From the NCBI GenBank assembly GCA_040285855.1, contig JAUFOQ010000010.1:992001-1056000 (forward strand): a DNA stretch of 64,000 nt, in the 5' to 3' direction. How positions within the stretch are numbered: position 1 is the first letter of the stretch; each line of letters begins with the position of its first letter. Under the pieces are notes generated by a model. That model was not told the origin of the DNA. It was given only the letters and a program-made list of their open reading frames with translations, and made no database searches. Made by a program: the position numbers and the translations under genes. This document shows positions 47,251 through 58,679 of this stretch, piece by piece. The stretch is from Eukaryota sp. GEM-RC1. Lineage: Eukaryota.

Positions 47251-48180
47251 TAAATACGAATTATGCCCTTTGCTGTTTCAATTTATGGACGTTTAAGAAA
47301 AAGTGCAATGAATTTTTTAAACGATATCGGAAAAATCGTTAAGCATAGGATGAACGGACGTTTTGATCATATGTTATAATTGAATCGGATCGTTGTTACT
47401 GTTTTTAAAACAATTCCCCTAATCATCTCCAAAGCTTTATTAGCAATGAGTTCCTTTTATGACGACAAAGCTGTTGTAAGGTTCGATACCGCCGGGTGTT
47501 GTTTTAATGATATCAAATTTTAGTTGTTTGATCTATTACATCTATAATCAAATAAAAGAGCGAAATAGAATAGTTATATACTGTACAAATATCGTCAAAA
47601 AAATGCTCTAAAAACATCATCTTCAAATACAATGTGTGCTAAACCTTCAAAAAAGCATTCAAAGTCCTTTTTAATAGAAACGTGCTAGTATTCACGTATG
47701 ATTCAAGAGAGTGCTAAAACGATTGTGTGTATAGATATAAGAGGATCGATTTTCATATTAACTGTCTGATGATCAGTATAATCGTCTTGCCGTTCTTGAG
47801 ATCATGTTGGGACGTTTACAACATCCAAATTAGTTACATACCATTTAGCCGTGTTTCTACAAATTTCTTCATCTATAACAAATGTCCCAGATGATCAAGA
47901 TGATTGACATTTACTCAGATGGAGATCGTCGAAAGAGTATCAGAAGAACATGGTCTAGAGGAACAAATATCCAGAGACAACATTGTTAGTTGTAGCATTT
48001 AGAATATTAAATCATTATTGCAAATAAACTGAATTTTATTAATACGAAGAATAGTGATTTTGATAAATTTTGTTTTCAGTATAATCTACAAAAAAGTTTG
48101 TTTTCAGCGATTAAGATTTGCAGAACTTTGATAAGATTAATATGTGTAAAACTCGATTGTTACAACTTTCACCATGTGAT

Positions 48181-49724
48181 TCAATCCTGATGCCAGTCCA
48201 TGCCAGGCTGTTGATGCTGCATCCATGGATAAAACTTCTTCTGCTTCTTCTTCTTTGAACATCCACCACCACATCCACCTCCTTTTACCTTGATACAAAC
48301 AGTAGGTCCGCCACAGCACTTCTTCTTCTTCTTAGGTTTGGGAATACAAGGGCAAAGAGCAGCATTCCAAGTAGTTGAACCAGCAGGATGTCCATTGATA
48401 TAAGCCAGAGTCTTCAGACGTTTCAAAGGTCCCATCATTTGACCAAACTGACTTATTCCATTATCAAAGAAGGTCTCATCAAAGTCGTTATTCTCTTCAT
48501 CATCGTCTTCATCCTCATCTTGGTCCAATCCAGGGAACATTTGGGCGAAGAAAGGATTGTAAAGGGAAGCGAACTTGTTACATTTTTTTAGTGAAAAAGG
48601 TCACGTTGAAGGTGACAGTCTCGCCAGCTTCTACGTCAGTAAACAACTTTGGAGAAATACTGAACAAATCAGTAAGGAATGCCTTCTTTAACTTGACGGT
48701 GGTGTTTCCATTGATTGGTTGAGTAGCAAATTCTTCAAAAAACTGAATCATGGCAACTGCCACCTCAGCAGGATCACTAGCTTCCGTTACTGGGAATACT
48801 CCACCAAATCCAAGTTCATCAACCAAATCCTCGTAGATAGCTACAACAGGGGGAGTGATCAAAAGAGAGGTTCAATCTGGGCAGTTGTTAGAGCTTCTCT
48901 CACTTGATCTACTGTTGGATAGTCTTCTTCTGGGTTAATGTCTGGGCCACATTGATTATCCATAGTACACACGATGTTGGACTGGAAGAGCTGGCAGGCA
49001 GGACCTTCATGGAATGAAGCATCTGTTACAACAATCATGACTCGGGTTCTAGCGTTGTTATTGAGAGGAAGGAAGCCAAAGTCAACGGCGTTTCTGGAGA
49101 TGTGCTTCATCACGGTGAGTTGGGCTTCAGGAATATCACCACCAGAGCCTGTGACTAGAGCGTTGATGGCTGCTTCCCATTGAGCTTGGTTGTTGGTAAG
49201 AGGAGAGTATAGTTCGAAAGTTGTATCAGTAGGAGCTCCAAAGGGTTGGTGGAGTTTGTCCATATACCCGGAGATTCCGAATCTAAGATCAGGAAATTGG
49301 TCGAGGACAATGTCTGCAGCATTGATGATGAGCTGTTGGATTGCAGGTAAGACTGGTTCAAAAGATTCTGTGAGATCAATGGCAAGCATGACATCAGGGA
49401 GAGCAGTAACATTGGTGGGGGGAGAAACATCACCAACGGTGACATCAACAGTCATAGTCAATGGATCAGCACATCCTACTAGAAGATCTACCTCTTGAGG
49501 CTATGATGAAGGAAAGGGAAAGTCTAACATACAACAACTTGATTGTCACCTTCATCAATTCGGAAGACTTGTGACTGACAACCTGGAATACAATGACTAC
49601 GATGTCTTCCCTTGAATCCATGAGAAGGATATCCTTTGTATCCATGTTGAGGCGGATAGGGATAGTGAGCAAACGCTTGTATTATAGTCAAGCTCAGTAG
49701 CGCTAATATACACAGACGTATCAT
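48181..49724 (-). CDS. Secreted integrin-beta-like protein, copy 2; 32-nt intron 49501-49532; same two shifts; last ~10 aa replaced by a stop
   Basis: Collinear paralog of copy 1; homology ends abruptly at ~48183. Confidence 0.78.
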
Positions 49725-49839
49725 GAACACAGAAACAGTGGCTTCAGTTCGTACCTAGCACAGTTCAATACATGTCTAGACTCTATAATTTGACTGTAGA
49801 CTCTACAGTCCTGTTTACAGCTCGATATTATCTATGTGT

Positions 49840-50535
49840 GGGGTTGTGCAAAACTCCACTCAATATCTACTCCAAGACTCCAAACTCCACTTCACTCCAA
49901 ATTTCTACGAGTTGGAGTCGAGTTGGAGTTCTGTCAAAAATTAACGAGTAAGTCGAGTTGGAGTGAAACTTGCTATTTCATTAGCATTCCTAAGTAAGTA
50001 CTGTACTTAATTTACAAAAACACTTATATCAAGGGGAGTTACACTACTTGTAGTTATCATTGACCAAAAAGAAAATAAACTTATCTATGCTTTCGCTTTA
50101 AAGGCCAAAAAGTTAAAACTATCGTCCTGCAAGACCTGCTTAAACTTCTTACCAAATTCTGAACACAGTTGTTGAAATAACTTCTGAAACTCTTCTTTAG
50201 AAACCAATGAAATTTTCATAAAAAAAATAGAAAGATTCATTGTGATGACATCACCATGGTGGATATCTAACAGTGTTTGTTTTAGTGTGAATCGAAACAC
50301 ATTGAGTGACCGTTGTGTATACCTTCAAGAAGTGCCAAAAGCGTCAAATGAAAGGAAATTTATAAAGACAAAAACTGAACAAGTTTGTGTGAAGTGAAGT
50401 CTACAAGTGACTTGAGTTGGAGTGAAGTGAAGTTGGAGTGAAGTTCACTTGTAAAAATTTATTGTTTGGAGTGAAGTCGAGTTGGAGTTCTATAATTTCA
50501 ACGAGTGGAGTGAAGTCGAGTTGGAGTTCATACAT
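49840..50535. mobile_element. MITE-like insertion upstream of integrin-like copy 2
   Basis: Absent from the homologous upstream region of copy 1; ACTCCA(C/A) repeats at the left end and TTGGAGT(G/T) repeats at the right end in inverted orientation; ends approximate. Confidence 0.65.
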
Positions 50536-51738
50536 TATCGTTGTAGCAACTAATTTTAATTGATGCTTTTTCATCACATTCATTCAGTGTGTACATGAAA
50601 TGTATGACATAGCACTTACCTCAGAATCAATGCCACGGGATTAGCGATTTTGTGTTACGAAGAGTAGAACTTTTTAAACTAGTTTGGTTTGGCTCTATTG
50701 CGATAGGGGAATGATCTTTGTCAAGCCCGGAAAGAAAAAAACGCTTTGTATTATTTACACTTACAAATTCAGAATATCATCAATATTTACAAAGGAGCTA
50801 CCAAGACCACTACATCATCTCATATTCATGCTCGATTCAAAGAGACAGTTTAAAATCGAATCAAATATAGTTTAGAAAGTGTACGCTTCTCTACTGAAAT
50901 GAGTTCTGTATCTAGTCTCAGTACATGATAAAGACCGTGCTGACTTGAAAATGAAACGGACTTCAACAGGTTGCAGTTTTCACCTTCATTGGTTGTCCGG
51001 TAAGAGAACAAAAAATATAAAAATAATTTTATATTTTCTGCTTTCATAAAATTAATAATGGAGGAACCCAACTTGAAACAATAAATAAAATATCATTGTT
51101 TATTGTAAATATTTAAATACAAATATTTTTGCGGTGGCCCTATATGGTCCTTTGTCGGAAAAGTTGTTCAAAGTGAAAACATTTGAAGCTATTTTTTTGT
51201 TAATAAGTAATATACATGTACAAGTATACATGGTTATACACAGTGTTAAGTAAACATGTACATGTACTAATTTACAACAGTATAAGTTCTCTAACAGTTT
51301 TTTGGTATACAGTTTTGTTCAGTGTTATCAATTTTGAGAAATGCGCCAAATGCGCGCATTTTGACGCCTTTTACGCATTTGGGATTATGTGATCTTGCGC
51401 ATTTTGACTTTGAGATTTTTTTTCAATTTTTTTTGTAGTGCTTCTGTATAAGTCTATATGTCTCTATATACAATAACAGTGATGTTGATCTCAAAACAGT
51501 GTTTTGCAGTACCTCTTTCGTTGGACAAATGTAAAGTTGTATTAGTAGTCACCACAATTCAACGAACATTCTTTTGATATCACAATGTGAATTGTTTTAA
51601 AAAATGTGAAGTTAGTGTGATTCAACCAAAACTTTTGATCAATAGTCTGTTTTACCCATATTTACGAACAATGCAAATCGATACAAAACCATAAACGGCT
51701 AATATTGTATAATATACTGAATGAAATAGGGTTTAAAG

Positions 51739-52531
51739 CATACTTAGAAAATACAAATACTGTATTTTTTGTATTTTTTTTACTGAATTAATACAGTCTT
51801 TTCTGTATTTTTATGGCTTTGGATAAAAATGTACTGTTCAATTGTCTCTATTTCTACGTGTTGTCCCGATTTTTGAAACATACTAGACACCAATTGGTCT
51901 TATCTTGACCATGAAAAGTCAAAAGGCCGAAATGTCTTTCACGTTCAACATTGGATAGGTCCCTAGGCCTGCAATTTAGTTTACATCAACTTTAGAAAAC
52001 CGGAAACACTATTGATTCCGTAAAACTCATTAATCAACTACCAAAGGGGGTAGGAGTATGCACATATGTGATGATCAAATATCTCGTGTTGATGTACTTC
52101 ATCTCGAGAACGAAGACGTTTTTGATGAAGACAATGTTGATGCCATATGCAACTATGTTTTATTGGAAGATGAATTGGAAGTGCAAGTGCTGGTACTAGT
52201 AGTTGTTCTTGAGAATTTAGTGTTGTCACAAACTCGTCTGATGATGAAGAATAACCCAGTCCTCTTGATGTTTTTTCTATTTTGCTCAGGAAAGAAGGCA
52301 AAGTGAATAATGGTTACCTGGTATTTGTTCGGGTATTTTTGATGTTTTGATGTGTATGTTTCCATATAATTTTAGTCATTGTCACTTTTAATTCGAAAAA
52401 TTCTCATTATGATTTTTGTGAAACCTTTCTTAGGTCGAGTGATTTTGTATTTTTCTGTATTAAGTGTATTTTCCTGTATTTTTGTATTTTCTGTATTTTT
52501 TTTCAGGGAGTGGTTGTATTTTCCCAGTATG
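51739..52531. mobile_element. hAT-like non-autonomous TIR element
   Basis: CATACTTAGAAAATACAA / TTGTATTTTCCCAGTATG (16/18 inverted match); TGTATTTT subterminal repeats; flanks GTTTAAAG / GCTTAAAT (6/8, possible decayed 8-bp TSD). Confidence 0.7.
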
Positions 52532-52871
52532 GCTTAAATACCATTTATTAAGATACCAACGTCCACTGATTGTCCTGAAAGTTGAAACACATTTTCTGTA
52601 TAGAGTATGTGATCAACAGAGCTATCAACTCAGCTTAAAGACTTTCAACGAGTTCTGAACACAGTTTTGAACACGGAAAAACATTACGTCGTCCACGGTC
52701 AAAAGTGTTGTTTCAAACGATTAGTTCCAGTGACGAACTAGCGGACACAATGATGACAATGTACTGTAGCTTCTGATACAACAGAACCTTTGGAAGGATG
52801 TTGGTATACAATTGTAGCGTGATGCCAAATGATCGAAACGGGCATGGCAGTGACGAAAAGATTTTCAAAAT

Positions 52872-54236
52872 GTGCACATTTCTGGAAAAAGTGCGCATTT
52901 GACTTTGGTATTAATCGAATCATCACAATTCCCATGTCCCACTCTGAACTCCCCCTCAAAGAAGATTAGCCGTTCCTTTGATGATAGAGTTTCAGTTACT
53001 GATGTTGTTGAATGTAATGGATCCTCTTCTAGTATCTCCTCTTCGAATCCGAGCTCTGATACATCTTCCGCTTTGTACTCCCCCGTCGATTCTCCTTCCA
53101 ACCACTTACACTTCCAACAGTCACTTCTCATTTTGATCCACCTCCATTTTCTCCGTCAGTTCTTAAAGTCTTCTCTTGACTGGAATCGTCGTACACCTCA
53201 TAGTCATCTCCTTAACTTAAAGAGAGATCTTCATACCTTCCTCAAGAATGTTGGCTATGTCAGTAATCATTTCTTTGAATCTGTTCTTCTTGCAACCAAC
53301 GTGTTTTTCCAGACAAACACGTTTCACATAGCATCTAATGATCTTTTTCAGCTTTTTTCATTTGCTTCTTTCTTTGGATCAGATATACGATCTATTTTCT
53401 TGCACGTATACGGAAACTTTTCAGTTAGCGATTTTCTCAATTATTCCGACATAATTTCAGGATTGGAATTGAATGTACGAGACCAAAATGACTTGGAGTT
53501 TCTTAACAGATCTTCTACCGTCTTTCCACGTCTTAAGCAAGTTCATGCGCGTGTCAATGATTCTATTTCTATGCCATTTATAGAACTGTTGAAAGTTAAT
53601 ACTACAGTTACTCGTATTAATCTAAATAGAGTCTCAATTCATGCTGAAGGTGCGGAAGCATTGGCAGAGGCGTTGAAAGTCAATGATACAGTTACAAGTA
53701 TTGATCTGGTGTGGAACTTTATTAGAGATGAAGGTGTCAAAGCATTGGCAGAAGCATTAAAAGTTAATACTACAGTTAAAAGTGTTAATCTGGAGGATAA
53801 CTTTATTGGAAATGAAGGTGCGAGAGTATTGGCAGAGGCATTGAAAGTTAATTCTGCAATTGTAAGTATTAATCTGATGCAAAACTCAATTGGAGCTGAA
53901 GGTGCTAGAGCATTGGCAGATGCATTAAAAGTTAATGATACAGTTACAAGTCTTCATCTAGGTGGAAACTCAATTGGAGCTGAAGGTGCCAGAGCATTGG
54001 CAGAAGCATTAAAAGTGAATACTACAGTTGCACATCTTGACGCGCGTCTCAACTCTATTGGAAATGAAGGTGCTAGAGCATTGGCAGAAGCATTAAAAGT
54101 GAATACTACAATTAGAAGTGTTAATGTGAATTACAATTCTATTGGAGATATAGGTATTCAATCATTGGTAGATGCTTTGAAAACTACTAGTACAGTTAAA
54201 ATCGAAGCAATCTATCAACTTGTACCACACTTATAA
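52872..54236 (+). CDS. RI-like LRR protein with family N-terminal domain (paralog of 31816)
   Basis: Shares DSPSNHLHFQQSLL..VGYVS.HFFES domain and about eight divergent LRRs; ORF begins at GTG, so the true start is uncertain. Confidence 0.82.
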   Translation: MHISGKSAHLTLVLIESSQFPCPTLNSPSKKISRSFDDRVSVTDVVECNGSSSSISSSNPSSDTSSALYSPVDSPSNHLHFQQSLLILIHLHFLRQFLKSSLDWNRRTPHSHLLNLKRDLHTFLKNVGYVSNHFFESVLLATNVFFQTNTFHIASNDLFQLFSFASFFGSDIRSIFLHVYGNFSVSDFLNYSDIISGLELNVRDQNDLEFLNRSSTVFPRLKQVHARVNDSISMPFIELLKVNTTVTRINLNRVSIHAEGAEALAEALKVNDTVTSIDLVWNFIRDEGVKALAEALKVNTTVKSVNLEDNFIGNEGARVLAEALKVNSAIVSINLMQNSIGAEGARALADALKVNDTVTSLHLGGNSIGAEGARALAEALKVNTTVAHLDARLNSIGNEGARALAEALKVNTTIRSVNVNYNSIGDIGIQSLVDALKTTSTVKIEAIYQLVPHL

Positions 54237-54654
54237 AATTCGTATGGGTTCATTTTTTATGACACTAGTTTAACGTTTTCTAACACTGTAAACACAAAAT
54301 TAATTTGTAAATTTGAGACATCGTGTTAACACGTGTCAGATTCAATTTTGTTATGTGTTAGCGTTCACTGATCATAATTGTTGGTTAAGAGACATCATTT
54401 CAGAGTGAGAAAACAGCAGTCCTCACCAGTGATGACGTATGACAACAATATATTTATGCTCAATTGTTGATTGTTATTCAACAGCTTATTGATGGGGGGT
54501 ACAAAAATACATATCATAATAAAAGCTATGAAACACTAGACACCGAAAATTCCTGGTCAACAGTACCACAGTTTTTATACAACTTTGTGAAAATTGATAT
54601 AAAAAACTTAGGCACCGAACGGAACAAAGAAAAAATCAAACGGTTATGCCAAAT

Positions 54655-57012
54655 TCATAAGTTAAATCTCTTATTCTGAGACTTACACATAGATCCAAAA
54701 TCAGTTAAAAACTTAGAAGCCAATTCACAAATGCTACCAAAAATAGAAATAGCAAATGGAACAAATACAAATTTTGAATATAAATTTTGATTGAGTTTAG
54801 CAACATCTTTGGAATACAAATCAATTTTACGTTTTTCAGCTGTTTCTAGGTGATTTAAACCTTTTGAATTCAAGCCATTAACATAAGTTTGAGCACATGG
54901 ATCAACTGTTGTAACATCAAGGATAATCTGACTAGAATCAACAAAATGACCATGTAAGTCACCTCGACGAGAATTATTAATTATATCAAGACCCAACTTA
55001 CTAAATAAAGGTTCAACTTTGGCGTGAAATCCATGAGCCTTAAACATTTCAAATGTAACATCTCTTACAGCATTATGAAGAACTGATCGAAATTGAATAA
55101 ATTTGGGGCAATTAATTACATGTCTAAAAGTTGCAATGCGACGATGACTACAAACGCATTCAGAATTGTCCAACAATTCTGTAGGAAACAACCCTAAACG
55201 CAATCGCATATTTAATTTCCAAGCCTCATCAGACAAATGCAAACCAAAAGGACGTGGTTGTTGAGTGATCAAACAAGTTGAATTCTTAATATCATTTAAG
55301 AAAGCAGCAAATACGGGATTATTAATTTTAGTAACACTAAAACCATTTTCAAAATCCAGGTTTTCAAATGCCTTCAAAAGCTTATTCTGAAGTTTGACCA
55401 CACATAAAGGGAGAGACAATGGAGATTTTTCAGGAATACTGGGTAAATGAGAAGGAAAACAGCTGTTCCAAATATCCAAATCCAAATTGTCAATAACTGA
55501 GACTAACGAACTTAGCCAAGGAGTAGAATGAATGAGATTTTCATTAAACAAAAGGCCGTATCTGGATTTAAATTCAAATAGAAAATTCTTCATTCCATCA
55601 ATAAACGCACTTTTGGTTAAGTATGAAGCTCGTGGAAAAACCCACACCGCCAAAATTAGCTGATGAAAACGCGTGATAAGGCAATTTCGAGTCATTAACA
55701 TCTACAAGATCACTTAAGAACTTATTTCTCAAAGAGTTAAATTTTCTGGCTAAATCAATAGTAAGTTCAGGATTGATTGAGCGCAAAAAGTGATTGATTT
55801 TGGACGCAAAACACGTTGTTAAAAGGGAAAAAGAAATATGCTTACCAATTTTCAGCTCACTAATCTGTTTAAGCTTTACAGAAATTTTTTCCACTGAATT
55901 ATCCAACTTCAGGTGAATTTGATCGCCATAACCAATGAAAGTACCCACAAACTTAATAGCATCGACACTATAATTGGAAAACGAAATAGTATGCCCTTCA
56001 ACAATGAACTCAAAAGGTGACGAACCGATCAGAAAACATTTTTCATAATTCAACTGAAGACCAATCTCATTAGAGAGCTCTATAAATACTGGAAACGCTG
56101 ATAATAAATCATCAATAGATCCAACTAAAGAAGCATCATCAGCATAAGCACACAAATTCAAAGAAGGGAACTTCCTTCGAAACTTACGAAAAATTGACTG
56201 CAAAGCCACACAAAATAAAAATGGACCGAGAGGATCGCCTTGTTTGACTCCACGTTGGGAAACCAGATTATCAGAATTATAAATAAGATCAGAGTTCTGA
56301 CCATACATTAAGCAAAAGTAAGGGACTAATTCAGGAAATTCCAGTTTCAGTTCATCAAAAATGCTAGACCTTAAAACAGAATTGAAAGCATTTTTGAAAT
56401 CGATATTCAAAAGAAAATTCGCAGGAGATGCATTAAGAAGAACATCAGCACATAAAGTAGCAGATGTTGTGCCATCAGGGACCCCAATTGCAAATTGAAA
56501 CGGTCTGAAATAACTGATAGCCTTCTCTTTCACCCTTTGAAAGCATAAAATAGCAAGAATTCCCTCTATGGATTCACCAATGACAATAGGCCGTATGCTT
56601 CCATTAGGTTTTCTGAGTGCAATTAATTTCGAAGCCGATAAAGCTGGGGAAGTGAAACTGAACCCTTAATTAAATTATTAAAAAAGTCGGCCAGATCATC
56701 AGCAATTTCAGAAATCGAATTTATTGCAATATTCAAATGGTCGTAGCTCAAACCAGATGGGCCAGCAGCACGACCAGAGGGAAGACTTTTGATACACTTC
56801 GTCACTTCGATTGAAGTAAAAGGATTTCCAATATAAGAAGAATTGAAAGAAGTAAAATTGAAATAGTTAATATAAAAATCTTCCGAAGGGTGAAGATCTT
56901 CAAGTTTAGAGATAGTATCAGCAGAATAAGCAGGAGGTTCAGTACCCTCTAAGAGAGAAAGTGGCGAAGAATATTGACCTCTCAGAATTAAATTGGAAAA
57001 AGACTTCGCCAA
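54655..57012 (-). mobile_element. Non-LTR retrotransposon, RT + C-terminal restriction-like endonuclease (CRE/R2-like architecture), probably 5'-truncated
   Basis: AAGPSGL, IRPIVIGE (between ORFs), QFAIG, DFKNAFN, GVKQGDPLGP, YADD; C..H..HVINC..LHNAV; RRGDL..LDVT..EKRK..Y..FVPF; two single-base shifts. Confidence 0.9.
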
Positions 57013-57559
57013 TTTCTTAGGACTTGCTGAGGTAGAATGGGGAGAATGAAAGTCAATATTTAAGGATTTCTTTTTAGATAAAGAAAGAAAGAACTTCCAT
57101 AAGAATAGGGTTTCAAGAACCCTTTTGAGTTAAAAAAGTAAGAGAGCGGATGAAAGAAGCTAAAACAGAAGACGAAGCGGAAGCGACAAACAAAGGGATC
57201 ACAAATGGGGGTCTACAAGGGCCAACTGCCATGCAAAAATCGCATACTAAGAGTGGACGATGAGCTTTATTCAAAGAAATGGTTGATTGTTGATTGTATA
57301 AATGGCATGTAATGATTGTCATCGCCATCTATGTACAATTTTCTAATCATTTCTATGATCAAGGTAAGACTTGGACGTTTAGCATGTCTGATTAAACCGA
57401 CAGCATTCTGATATTCATTTATTGTGACACGCTCACCTCTTTTTCTCTTCCAGTTGAGAAACACAACAAGTTCTTGTTTGAACGTCAACGTCCAACAACC
57501 ATTTTTTTAGTCATACAAAGATGGTATTTTTTGCATTAATATCATTGAACATTCTTACA

Positions 57560-58430
57560 TGTGCATAATGCGGCTCAAAATGTGTCTTTCCAACTCACGC
57601 TAAAATTTAGAGTGAAAAACATGTGCTGTAAACATGGAATAACAAGAATCACGTACACCATCATGAATTACTGCACGTATATGAAAAAAATAACGACAAT
57701 TAATTAATTCACGAAAAACACCATTAGCTCCACAAGAGCACGTTGAATACTGTAATACATTTGCAGGCCAAATAGCCAAACGAAGACGCATATTGATCAT
57801 CCGAGCTTCATCGGATAGATGTAATCCAAACAGCTTAGGAATTTGAGAAATAAGTCCAGAAGGTCCACTATTACAAAGACCCATTAAAAAAGCAGCGAAC
57901 TCGGGAGTATTAGTTTTAGCCAAGCTAATACAATTATTAAAGTCCAAGAGTTCAAACTCCTTTGTCAATTTATTTTGCAGTTTACATACAGCAGACGGTA
58001 GTGATCAAATATTTTTTAAAGGAGTATCCTTTACGTGAGCAGAGAACAGAGATTCCCACATTTCAGGAGACAAAAACGATACCAAATCTTTAGCAGACTG
58101 AATCCAACGACAATTACTGGAATTCAACAGATAGATTCCATCCAAAGGGAAACAGTTTCAAAAATTCAAACAGAAAATTCTTAACACCTCCGAAAAGAGC
58201 AGATTTTCTAATGGGTGATACCTACGCCTGCGAATTCAGATGAATAAAGCATGAAATGGCATCTTAGTCTCATCAATTTCAGCCAAGTTAGAGAGAAAGT
58301 TTGTTCTAATAGAATTAAATTTCTTGGCAAAAGTTTCAGTAAGGGAATAGTCTAATGAACGTAAAAAATGATTAATTTTCCCGACAAAACAGACCTAGAG
58401 CATAGCAAAAGAAACATGTTTACTCACCAT
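57560..58430 (-). mobile_element. Degenerate second copy of the non-LTR element (post-RT region)
   Basis: FAAFL..FGLHLSDEA..NMRLRL..CSC..INC..HDGVRD parallels 54655-55701; KINHFLRS motif near 58370; stops and shifts. Confidence 0.78.
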
Positions 58431-58679
58431 ACATCTAAAGATAATATATTTTTCCTAAATGGTAGACATTGTCTAGACAATGAACCAAATTATTTGTTGT
58501 TTTCTTGTTGTGTGTTTTTCCGCACATAAATCCGTTTTTTCATGATCAAAAAAAGAATACAATTTGAATTTAGTAAAGTTATATTTACTAAAATTGTGAA
58601 GTGTAAAATTACAAACAAACTAAAAGAAATAACGCCGCTACAGAAAGAACTACTATACCAACCCTTGATTTGACCATGA

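Noticed and set aside
54323..54336. GTGTTAACACGTGT match to the LTR
   Set aside because: Only 14 bp and partly palindromic, with no further LTR similarity; not a solo LTR.
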